A stretch of DNA of 61,390 bases, from positions 1 through 61,390 of the IMG/VR virus record IMGVR_UViG_3300028608_000016, one strand, 5' to 3'. Shown here piece by piece: positions 18,755-27,318 of this stretch. The position numbers and the translations under genes were made by a program. This DNA is from a virus. Lineage: Duplodnaviria; Caudoviricetes. The notes below the pieces were generated by a model, which saw nothing but the letters and a program-made list of their open reading frames with translations, was not told the origin of the DNA and did not search any database. Every line of letters starts with the position of its first letter. Positions within the stretch are counted from its first letter, which is position 1.

Positions 18755-19885
18755 TTAGGAAATGCCGCCGCCCTTGACCAGCGCCACGATGCGCATGCCG
18801 TTGCTGTTTTCCATGTTGGAGTGAACAGCCGCGTAATTGCGTGGAGTGCTTTCGCTGTAAAGCGTCAGCGGGATTTCGGTGTTTTGCGAAACCACGGTTG
18901 CACTGGTGTACCCGATCATATCGAGTTCGTAAGTGTACGCGTAGCGCGGCGTGTTCAGGCGACTTGGGAAGGAAACCACATATTGGTTATCTTCCGAAAC
19001 GGCAACTTGAACTTTGTCGTTGATGATTGCTGCGGCGTCCGGCTGATCGGAAACAGCGGAAACAGCCCAAGTCGGTTTGGTAACGTCGGCTTCACGAACA
19101 ACAAAACGTTGAATTTTGTTGCCGACCGACGAAACGCAAAACACAGGCGCTTTGCCGGTGATGATGGTTGCGCCAGTATCGCGGTCAACTGGACGTTGTA
19201 CCAGAACCCACGAGAAGTAGTTGCCGGAAACGTCTGCAATCGCGCCTTCCCAAACGGAAAGGAAAATGCCGCGACCAGTAATCGAAAGCTGGTACGACAT
19301 TGGGTAGTTTGCCGACAAATCTTTGGTTGGATCGGTCGGAGCTACTGGAGCAGCGCCGCTGGTTGGGTCAGTGTTTACGCCTACCCAAACACGGGATGCC
19401 CGGTTGATAAAACCTTGCGTTGCGAATTTCGCAGGTCGGATCAAATCGTTGGAAGCAAATTTCCAACGGTCAACACTGTTTACGGCTTCGCCCATTTTGG
19501 TGTAGCGGTCGCCGACCACACCGATTACACCGCCCGGAGTGGTAACTTCCAAACCCGGATTGTTTTCGTTTACGATGTACGGCGGAGTAGTACCGTCTGG
19601 CAAAAGGTTTGCCGGTGCAACGCAAATACCTGCGGTCGCATTGTCGTAAACGGTGAAGTTGATGCGCCACGGTTGTTTGACCGAAACGGCTGCGGCGTTG
19701 AGCGGGTCCACACTTTCGCCAGCTTCGAGAGTTACCGAATATTTTTCTGCGGTTGGACCAGCAGGCTTGGTGTAATCACCGGTGCCGCCGTAAGTGAAAC
19801 CGTTTGCCATCATGTCGTCAATTACAGACAGGAACAAAGCTCCCGCTGTTTTGAAACCTTGGCGGCGAATTTGAAAACCTGCCAT
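18755..19885 (-). CDS. Virion structural protein, tandem paralogue A
   Basis: Contains SFPSRLNTPRYAYTYELDMIGYTSA; collinear similarity to 17720..18739 over its full length. Confidence 0.75.
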   Translation of the reverse strand: MAGFQIRRQGFKTAGALFLSVIDDMMANGFTYGGTGDYTKPAGPTAEKYSVTLEAGESVDPLNAAAVSVKQPWRINFTVYDNATAGICVAPANLLPDGTTPPYIVNENNPGLEVTTPGGVIGVVGDRYTKMGEAVNSVDRWKFASNDLIRPAKFATQGFINRASRVWVGVNTDPTSGAAPVAPTDPTKDLSANYPMSYQLSITGRGIFLSVWEGAIADVSGNYFSWVLVQRPVDRDTGATIITGKAPVFCVSSVGNKIQRFVVREADVTKPTWAVSAVSDQPDAAAIINDKVQVAVSEDNQYVVSFPSRLNTPRYAYTYELDMIGYTSATVVSQNTEIPLTLYSESTPRNYAAVHSNMENSNGMRIVALVKGGGIS

Positions 19886-20311
19886 TTAAAATTCCTCAAC
19901 AATTAAGTAGGTGAAGTCCAGCGTGATCTTTGCGGAGGTCGCACCATTGTTGGTGATTTGACCGTACAGGAACGGCTTGCTGGGATTTTCAAGGTTTACG
20001 AAAATCGAGTATTGTCTCGTTTTCAAAACCGTTCCATCCCGAAGCAACGTGGAACCATCGTCAAGCAGATGATCGTCAGTTGCCCGGAACGTGTACGGGT
20101 TTGGGTCGATTTCAGGATCGAAATTCGGATCGCCATAAACCTCGACCAAGCAAGCTCCACTTACTTTCAACCGCTGCACTAGCACGGAGTGCCCCAATTC
20201 CATCGAAAACGATTCGCTGGCGTTTGGTTTAAGTGTAGCGGTTGTGTAAGTGAAAGTTTTCCTTTTGCGCAGACCAGCCTCGCTGAGTTTCTTACCCGGA
20301 GTCATGGTCAT
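19886..20311 (-). CDS. Putative virion structural protein
   Basis: 141 aa beta-rich ORF abutting the next gene (alternative start at 20305). Confidence 0.7.
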   Translation of the reverse strand: MTMTPGKKLSEAGLRKRKTFTYTTATLKPNASESFSMELGHSVLVQRLKVSGACLVEVYGDPNFDPEIDPNPYTFRATDDHLLDDGSTLLRDGTVLKTRQYSIFVNLENPSKPFLYGQITNNGATSAKITLDFTYLIVEEF

Positions 20312-20352
20312 TTTGCGTTTTTCCTTCTTTGCAATCCTTTTGTTAAATTATG

Positions 20353-23300
20353 TCAACCGCCGTGCATCAGCCATGCGATTGGCATGTTTGGCCCCCGTAC
20401 TTCGCAAACGAGAGTATCGTCTACGCCAACGCGATATACCCAACCGTCCAGTTTGGTTTTCGTCGTCGGTTTGAGGAAGTTGACAATAAACGCATCGACT
20501 TCTGCTTTCGTCGTGAAGCCCATGTAGTATTTCGCTGCACTGATCTTGTTTTTGCCAGCTTGATACAACATCGGTTTCATTCCAAACAACGTTGCGTTCG
20601 CTTTTGCCACTTTGTAACCAACCGGAATCAGTGTTGCGTTTCGCTTCACAACCGCATACGTCGATTTCGGAGAAAGCAATTGCGAATTCACGCGGTGCAG
20701 CCAATGTTGGTCAGCGCCAGAACCAGCGCCAAACTGGTTAACTGCAAACTCACGATTCCGTTTACCGGTTTCGTTTGCGTGAATGGAAACCCAATCGTTT
20801 TTACCCCACAGATGAATGTGTGCAGCAACCGCACCGACCGCTTCAATGGCTTTCACCACGACAGCAAAATCTTTTGGCGGCGTTTGCCAAACCGGAGTCG
20901 ATTTAACGTCTCCAAGTTCTTCCACTTTCTGCCAATCAGGTTTGTAGTACGTCACTTTGTCGCGTTCTTGAACAGTGTACTCAACGAGTTCAATATTGGA
21001 GAACACAACTGTTGGTGCATACACATAGACGGAATACGCAAACGTTGTAGATTGTTCGGCCGCAACTGCAAATTCCAACATCGTCCATGTTTCGGAACCG
21101 CCTGCGAATGCGTTGGTGTATTGCTGGTCCGCATTTGCCTGCGCACCTTTCGCCCCGACTTCCGCACTGATACCAGTTTTGCTGGCGCCCGGCGAAACGC
21201 TTGCACGATAGCGAACTTCTGCTTGCGAGAACGTTGGGCCGACACTCGCTTGCCACGTCGGTTTCCAAATTTCCGTTTTCGACGTTCCGGCGTTAATCCA
21301 CAAATCGTTTTTCCACATCACGATTTTAACTGGAGCAACAGTGAAGCCGTGAACGTCACTCAGAACCGCATACTGTTTTGCAACTTTCGTCCCTGCGCTG
21401 TCAAACTTAGACGCGTGGCCTGCCGCTTTCACTGGATACTGCACAGCACCGATTGCATCCAGCGCTTCGGTTTTCAGTGCGGTTTGTTTTGGAGCAATTA
21501 CGCCAGTGGTTGCAGCTTTCTGCGCCGTTTGCTTTGGAGCGAGCACCGTGGAGTTTGCGTCTTTCTTCCACGTTTGTTTTGCAAAGACTGCATCGCCCTT
21601 AGCCACCAAAATGCCGACGAACTTGCCAACAACGCCAATGGTTGCGCGTTTGCGGGGAGTCAAGTCAGCTTGCAGAATCGACCACCAACCTGCAATTTCG
21701 CGAATGATTTGATTGCCCCGCGAAATGTAAGCGTACAGCGTATGTTTCGTGACAAAGAAATTCAGAATGCCGGAGCGAAGCTGAATCGTGTCGCCATCTT
21801 TGACAATTGCGGTGAGTGCAGAAATGTCTTCACCGTTAATGAGCAGTGTCGAACCCTCTGGCAAATCGCCTTCCAACTGAACCCGAAGTGTTCCTCCGCC
21901 GCCGATGCCGGAAACGGTTTTGATATCGGAATCGTACAGCGTGAATTTTTCCGGATACCGCATAACACCGAAGTCCATTCGATCTAGCAGTGTGGGGATT
22001 TCGCGCACCAGCACCAGTGCTGCAACTTGCGAAACGTACTGGTCAATCGGATCGGATTCGATCAACACCGATTGCAAACTTTGCGAAACGCGAGTGTTAC
22101 CGCGCTCTGCCGGTGTCACAACATCGAGATACGATTCCGTTACAGCGACCTGCGCGTTTTTAGGTTCGCGCTGCAAAACCATCATCACAACTTGCGTGAG
22201 TCGGGTTGGCGCAATAGGGTCTTTCTGCAAAACAAGTTCGGAAACTTGCGTTACCTGCGTCGGACCAACCGGTTCTTTTTGCAAAACCAATTCGGCGACT
22301 TGCGTAACCGTTGTTGGAATTGGCAGTTCAGTTTCGTAAATGAATACGACCCCGGTTTGTGCAGCAATTTGTCCGTTACCGACTTGCAATTCAATTGTTC
22401 GATCAGAGCCAGAAGCGTCGAGAACAAGCAAACCCCACGAACCAGTACCACCGCCCGAACTATTCAGGTATCCCGAGGCACCGCCAGAACCAAACAGACC
22501 TGCAATTGTGCTTGGGTTTGTGGTAGAACTTGCCGTGCTCGAACCAGCTTTACCGTCGCTGTAATCCGTTACACCTTCCGGAGTTTTAAACGTACCGCCA
22601 ATACCACCGGAACCCGTTGTGTTGGAGACTTTGGAACCGCACCAGCCGCCACCCGCTTCAAAAAACTTTCCGTTGTAGGCGAGAGTCGTGGAACTCCATT
22701 CTTCTGAAATTGCAGACGTGCCAGAACGAGCACCACCGCCTGCACCAACGACCAACGCAATTACCGATTTCGTTGTCGGACGCAAGGTGTGCGTAAAGCT
22801 TTTCTGACCAACAGTTTCAGAAATATCACCGGGATATTGCGTGCGGTAAACGCCGGTATCCAACGTGAGTGAGTTGTAGTTTGCGAAAGAAGGCAAAGGT
22901 TGGTTTTCATTTACGATGCCGCCTTTGAATTCGTAAATGATGATTGCACCATCACCGCCATCACCCCCGGCTGCACCACCGCCGCCGAGCGTACCGTTTT
23001 GTGCGACAGTCAGGTTTGTGTGATCGCCTTTTGCACCTTTGCCACCAATTGGAACAGTTAGCGTCAAAGGTTCTGGCAGCAAATAAACTTGGCCGAGGCC
23101 GCCCGACGCACCGCCTTGCTGTCCACCGTATTGCGCGCCAATAATCGCAATACTTCTAAACGTGGTAGTCGCAGTGGACAAAGGTGCAGTTCGGGTGTAA
23201 CGATGTTCAACTTTAACCGGACCGTCTTGCGTTACAGTGTAGTTTACGTTTTTAGAACCGAGATATGCAGAAACGTCAGATGCGAGTAAAACATCGTTTA

Positions 23301-25011
23301 CATAAACGTATGCCGGACCCGGATACACCGAAGACGCACTGCGCCCGTATCCAATACCCAACACCTGCCCGGCGATAGCGTTAAACGTAAACGAAAGGGA
23401 GCCAGTATCACCAGAGCCAAATTTGTTTGACGCGAAACCATCCGAGTTTGTGGTTTGCGTATATCCATCATTGACTGGCGTAACAGCAGGCGGGGTTGGC
23501 CCTTGGAAAAGGTTTTGCGCCACAAACCCACTGTTTAAATCTTGTGGTTGAACAGTAAATGCTGTGCCGCCTGTGCCGTTCAGATAAGACGTGCCGCCAG
23601 CGTACCCACTGGTCGCACCGAGTCCGCCGTATGATGCTTGGCGACCGGAGTTATCGACGTAGCGCAACCAATCAACTTCAATCTGGTTACTTGCTTGAAC
23701 AATTGGATCAGGAGCAGTGTACGACTTACCCCCTTTCGCACGAAGCACTTCACCTTTCGCAACTTTTACAACTGCGTCACCGCCAGTTTCATTTCCGGTA
23801 AGTTGAATTTTCGAACCGGAGCGGTTGTAGTAAATCTGACCACCAGCGCCGCCACCTTGCGCAATAGCGAGAACCAAAGTGGTATCAGCCGCTGGCGTGA
23901 AGTTGAACGTACCCGGAGTTTTGAATTCCGTGCGCGTCCAGTTTGCAGGTGTTGCCGTAAATGGTAAAACAGGAACAGTGGCAGGAGGTTTCGGGTTTGG
24001 CAACCGCGCACCTTCCATAAAATATTGTGCTTCATGCACACCAACACGGCTGTTGACGCCAGCCGAAGGCAAGTTGTCCGAAAGCGGCCCACCTTCCTGC
24101 GTATCTCCCTGATAAATACCGATTGCCATTGCAGCCGTGTATTCAGGAAGATTGATTGTGTGAATTGCGGCATTGGGACGGCCAGCCCATGCTACGCCTT
24201 CGTCATCGACAGTTTGAGTTTTTGTGTCAATTTCGCGGAGCAGCGTAAATCCGCTTTTGGTTCCCGGTTGCCCGGTTGCGTAGCCAATTCGAATGTAGCG
24301 CGACCAACGATAAAATTGGACTTTGATTTGTTTGACGCGGATTGGCGTTGTGAAAAGTCGCCCGATAAAATCAGTGTAGGAAGTTGCGTTCGCGCCGTTG
24401 CCTTCCCAGTAAGTTCCGGCCCACACACCGTCATCTGTAACGGTAATAGCCGAAGAACCCGAAAGTGTCGAGGATGCAAAAACAGAACCGTTGTTGATCT
24501 TTCGGTATGGAGATTCTGCCGAACCAGTATCCATACCGGAATACATGCTGATTTCCATAAGGCGTTGGCGATCAACACCACCGGCCCCCGACATAATGCT
24601 CACGGCCGAATGGTTTGTCCACAGTACAACTGCCCGACCAACTGCAACACCGGCTGGCAAAAGAATTGTGTTTGTGACGAAACGGCCCCACGGAACACCG
24701 AGGTCGTCGTTTGGGGTTACGGTAACGTCGATGGTGCGAATAACAGTGTAGCCGGATTTAACACCGGACCAACTGTTTGCTACAGCAACAACAATCGTTT
24801 TACCCCACGTATGAAAATACGCTTCAATCTTTCGAACTTCAAGCGCGGCCGGAAAGTTTAGGCCAACGAAATCAGTTGCAGTATATGATGCACCGCCAGA
24901 CCAACCGGTCGCAACGTTGCTGTCCGCGATTGCGTCAACGGTGCCAAAATCATTGTAGAAGGACGAAGCGCTTGGCACTCCGCCTGTAAGTTTCGTGTAG
25001 GTTAATGCCAT
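20353..25011 (-). CDS. Large mosaic fibre/virion protein (duplicated discoidin-like N-terminal domains, glycine-rich domains, 18-aa TQV repeats)
   Basis: 1552 aa. Two about 160-aa repeats (SYT.TDF.G..F...KSG.T..R.ID...DD.GV.W), two T..V.A...G.GG glycine-rich domains and six VTQV.ELVLQ-type repeats. Confidence 0.75.
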   Translation of the reverse strand: MALTYTKLTGGVPSASSFYNDFGTVDAIADSNVATGWSGGASYTATDFVGLNFPAALEVRKIEAYFHTWGKTIVVAVANSWSGVKSGYTVIRTIDVTVTPNDDLGVPWGRFVTNTILLPAGVAVGRAVVLWTNHSAVSIMSGAGGVDRQRLMEISMYSGMDTGSAESPYRKINNGSVFASSTLSGSSAITVTDDGVWAGTYWEGNGANATSYTDFIGRLFTTPIRVKQIKVQFYRWSRYIRIGYATGQPGTKSGFTLLREIDTKTQTVDDEGVAWAGRPNAAIHTINLPEYTAAMAIGIYQGDTQEGGPLSDNLPSAGVNSRVGVHEAQYFMEGARLPNPKPPATVPVLPFTATPANWTRTEFKTPGTFNFTPAADTTLVLAIAQGGGAGGQIYYNRSGSKIQLTGNETGGDAVVKVAKGEVLRAKGGKSYTAPDPIVQASNQIEVDWLRYVDNSGRQASYGGLGATSGYAGGTSYLNGTGGTAFTVQPQDLNSGFVAQNLFQGPTPPAVTPVNDGYTQTTNSDGFASNKFGSGDTGSLSFTFNAIAGQVLGIGYGRSASSVYPGPAYVYVNDVLLASDVSAYLGSKNVNYTVTQDGPVKVEHRYTRTAPLSTATTTFRSIAIIGAQYGGQQGGASGGLGQVYLLPEPLTLTVPIGGKGAKGDHTNLTVAQNGTLGGGGAAGGDGGDGAIIIYEFKGGIVNENQPLPSFANYNSLTLDTGVYRTQYPGDISETVGQKSFTHTLRPTTKSVIALVVGAGGGARSGTSAISEEWSSTTLAYNGKFFEAGGGWCGSKVSNTTGSGGIGGTFKTPEGVTDYSDGKAGSSTASSTTNPSTIAGLFGSGGASGYLNSSGGGTGSWGLLVLDASGSDRTIELQVGNGQIAAQTGVVFIYETELPIPTTVTQVAELVLQKEPVGPTQVTQVSELVLQKDPIAPTRLTQVVMMVLQREPKNAQVAVTESYLDVVTPAERGNTRVSQSLQSVLIESDPIDQYVSQVAALVLVREIPTLLDRMDFGVMRYPEKFTLYDSDIKTVSGIGGGGTLRVQLEGDLPEGSTLLINGEDISALTAIVKDGDTIQLRSGILNFFVTKHTLYAYISRGNQIIREIAGWWSILQADLTPRKRATIGVVGKFVGILVAKGDAVFAKQTWKKDANSTVLAPKQTAQKAATTGVIAPKQTALKTEALDAIGAVQYPVKAAGHASKFDSAGTKVAKQYAVLSDVHGFTVAPVKIVMWKNDLWINAGTSKTEIWKPTWQASVGPTFSQAEVRYRASVSPGASKTGISAEVGAKGAQANADQQYTNAFAGGSETWTMLEFAVAAEQSTTFAYSVYVYAPTVVFSNIELVEYTVQERDKVTYYKPDWQKVEELGDVKSTPVWQTPPKDFAVVVKAIEAVGAVAAHIHLWGKNDWVSIHANETGKRNREFAVNQFGAGSGADQHWLHRVNSQLLSPKSTYAVVKRNATLIPVGYKVAKANATLFGMKPMLYQAGKNKISAAKYYMGFTTKAEVDAFIVNFLKPTTKTKLDGWVYRVGVDDTLVCEVRGPNMPIAWLMHGG

Positions 25012-25030
25012 GTTGTGCCCCTACGGATAG

Positions 25031-25060
25031 AAAAAAGGGGGATTGTGAGAATCCCCCTTT
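25031..25060 (-). terminator. Rho-independent terminator
   Basis: Minus strand AAAGGGGGATT-CTCAC-AATCCCCCTTTTTT after the 25067..27091 gene. Confidence 0.85.
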
Positions 25061-25066
25061 CCTTTT

Positions 25067-27091
25067 TTAGAACGTGCCGATGCCGTACCCCGGATCAGCA
25101 ATTGTCGCGTTGCGAGGCGTATTCAAAACCAGATAAACGTGACGCGTTGCCGTATCCGAAGGCGCGCGACCGTAAATGGTGATTGGAACAGTTTTGCTGG
25201 TTTCACCCGGAGCAAACGTCACTGTACCTTTTTCCGATTTGAAATCGGCGGTCGGGAACGTAAACGTCACGCCATCGAAATAACCATCCGCTTGCGATTG
25301 CGCGTAGAAACCAAACTGCGCACCGTTTAGGAACCGCGCCAAGTCTGGATCGGTGGACAAATCAAAACTCAGGTTGTACGCATTGTCGTAAGTAGAGGAA
25401 CCAAACGGCGATGCAGTTACCGAAAGCGTATTCCGGTCACGCGTCATTTTGATTTTCGAAGTTGCACCGAGCCAGTTTCCGCGCACGCCGTCATCGTAAA
25501 CTGCGAGAGTTTTCCGCACAGTGTTACCGACAACATACATGAGGTTGAAAGTTGGAGAAGTGCTACCACCACGATTTCGGCCGACAACCAGCAAATGGTT
25601 TTGACCGTCTTCGCGAACTGCCGCAATCACACCGCCGATTTGGTCGTCGTCAGCACCAGTCGAACCCACAGTGAATTCGATTGTGAATTTCGAGAACGAG
25701 AATTCAGAAAGGAACGCAATGTAGTTGCTGGAGTTTACCGACGTGGTGATTTTGGTTCCGCTAATCGACCACGATGCCGCTTCGCTACCTTCCGGAATTG
25801 TCGAGCCAGCTTCGAAGAAACTGTTTCCTTGCGTGCGTCCCCATTTGGTGAAAATGTCGGAAGCGGTTGGAACAGTTGGCGGCGTGCCGTTTGCATCTGG
25901 CGAAGTGGTTTCCCATTCCACCGAAACCGGCAGGTCATACGACGAATCCAGCGAGACGGTGTACGTCATTGTTCCGGAAGTGCCAACACCGCCCGGCGAT
26001 TGTGCAGAAGTATTTCCTGCACTTACGGCAGGCCGCATATCGTCTGGCGTTGCGAGCAGAACACGCCAGTTGAATTGCCAGCCACTTTTTGCACTCGGGA
26101 GCGTGATGGTAAACGAACCCGCACGGCTGTTTTCCGGAATGTCGGTTGTGGTGATTGTGTATTCCAAGTTTGGATTCGCAGCCGCGTTTCCAACTTTTCG
26201 CCAAGTGATGTACACCAGCGGAATACGTTCGCCCGGACCGTTGAATTCAAAATTCACAGTCAGCGAAGTCATTTGCGTTGCGGAAGTGTTGACGTATTCG
26301 CCTGCAACTTCCAACGAATTGTCGTCGTTGTCGATTGTGTAATAGCGACCGATGTTTGCGTCTGCGTTTGCCCATTTTGCAATCAGGGTCATTGCAGAAA
26401 CACCAGCGGGACCGGCTGCACCAATTGGGCCAGTTGGACCACGCAAACCATCAACACCAATTGGACCGGTTGGGCCTTGCGGACCGGCAGGACCGGTAAT
26501 CGAATTTCCTTGTGGTCCAGTTGGGCCAATTGGACCGGTAGGACCAATTTCACCTTGTGGACCTTGCAAACCGTTTGGACCTTGCGGGCCGATTCCACCA
26601 ACTACGCCACTTGGGCCAGTGGGACCGGTTGGGCCAATTGGACCATCGGGGCCGCGTGGACCTTGCAAACCAATTGCGCCTTGTGGACCGGTTGGGCCAA
26701 TTGGGCCACGCGGACCAATACCACCATAACCACCGGCTGGACCTGCGGGGCCAATATCACCTTTTGGACCGGCGCAACCCGCTTCACCCGGTCGGCCATC
26801 TTTTCCGTCACGACCATTTTTTCCGGAAACGCCTTGAGGACCAGTCGGGCCAGTTGGACCAACGCCAATGTTTCCGGGCACCATGAAACCAGTTGCCGAC
26901 AATTGCGTGTTGTCAGAAAATGCAATTGTGAGCGTACCAGTTTCGGAATCGTATTTAATCGAATCTACAAACTTGTCACCAGTTTGCTGTTCCGATTGCA
27001 GGTTGAGTTTGTCACCGTCGTAAACAACGGAGTCGCCTGCATTACCTTTGCTGCCCACCAGTTCAAGTGGAACCCGCGTGATTTTCGACAT
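25067..27091 (-). CDS. Collagen-like fibre protein with a Calx-beta domain and an inserted ConA/TSP-C-like lectin domain
   Basis: About 51 Gly-X-Y triplets; Calx-beta halves YTVSL...VSVEWET and DF....[18 protein letters not shown]; [10 protein letters not shown] motif. Confidence 0.8.
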   Translation of the reverse strand: MSKITRVPLELVGSKGNAGDSVVYDGDKLNLQSEQQTGDKFVDSIKYDSETGTLTIAFSDNTQLSATGFMVPGNIGVGPTGPTGPQGVSGKNGRDGKDGRPGEAGCAGPKGDIGPAGPAGGYGGIGPRGPIGPTGPQGAIGLQGPRGPDGPIGPTGPTGPSGVVGGIGPQGPNGLQGPQGEIGPTGPIGPTGPQGNSITGPAGPQGPTGPIGVDGLRGPTGPIGAAGPAGVSAMTLIAKWANADANIGRYYTIDNDDNSLEVAGEYVNTSATQMTSLTVNFEFNGPGERIPLVYITWRKVGNAAANPNLEYTITTTDIPENSRAGSFTITLPSAKSGWQFNWRVLLATPDDMRPAVSAGNTSAQSPGGVGTSGTMTYTVSLDSSYDLPVSVEWETTSPDANGTPPTVPTASDIFTKWGRTQGNSFFEAGSTIPEGSEAASWSISGTKITTSVNSSNYIAFLSEFSFSKFTIEFTVGSTGADDDQIGGVIAAVREDGQNHLLVVGRNRGGSTSPTFNLMYVVGNTVRKTLAVYDDGVRGNWLGATSKIKMTRDRNTLSVTASPFGSSTYDNAYNLSFDLSTDPDLARFLNGAQFGFYAQSQADGYFDGVTFTFPTADFKSEKGTVTFAPGETSKTVPITIYGRAPSDTATRHVYLVLNTPRNATIADPGYGIGTF

Positions 27092-27102
27092 TTAGATTTT
27101 CC

Positions 27103-27306
27103 TCACTTCACGCATTCCCACGATTTGTTGTCGGCGGAGCGTAACCGTGTATTCGAGGGGAGCATTCTCACCCATTCGCATTCAGCACCGGCTGGGCATT
27201 TTGCATCGGGGTCGGCTTTGCCTACATAGACTTGCCAACCCCCTTTTGCAAAGTTATCAACCCACGGGCTTTGCGCATCTTGGCGAACCAATAAGCGTCG
27301 AGCCAT
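27103..27306 (-). CDS. Small virion protein homologous to the N-terminus of 27319..31113
   Basis: 67 aa; pattern RL.VR...W.D....W.V...W.R......R..N..W shared with MSRLRVRTPSGAWLD.... Confidence 0.7.
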   Translation of the reverse strand: MARRLLVRQDAQSPWVDNFAKGGWQVYVGKADPDAKCPAGAECEWVRMLPSNTRLRSADNKSWECVK

Positions 27307-27318
27307 TTTGAGTTTTCC

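Noticed and set aside
26390-26870. GGACC/GGGCC-rich tandem DNA repeats that might suggest a CRISPR array or VNTR (also near 31250, 32200 and 37350)
   Set aside because: They are 9-nt periodic Gly-Pro-X collagen codons inside genes, with no constant repeat and unique spacer structure.
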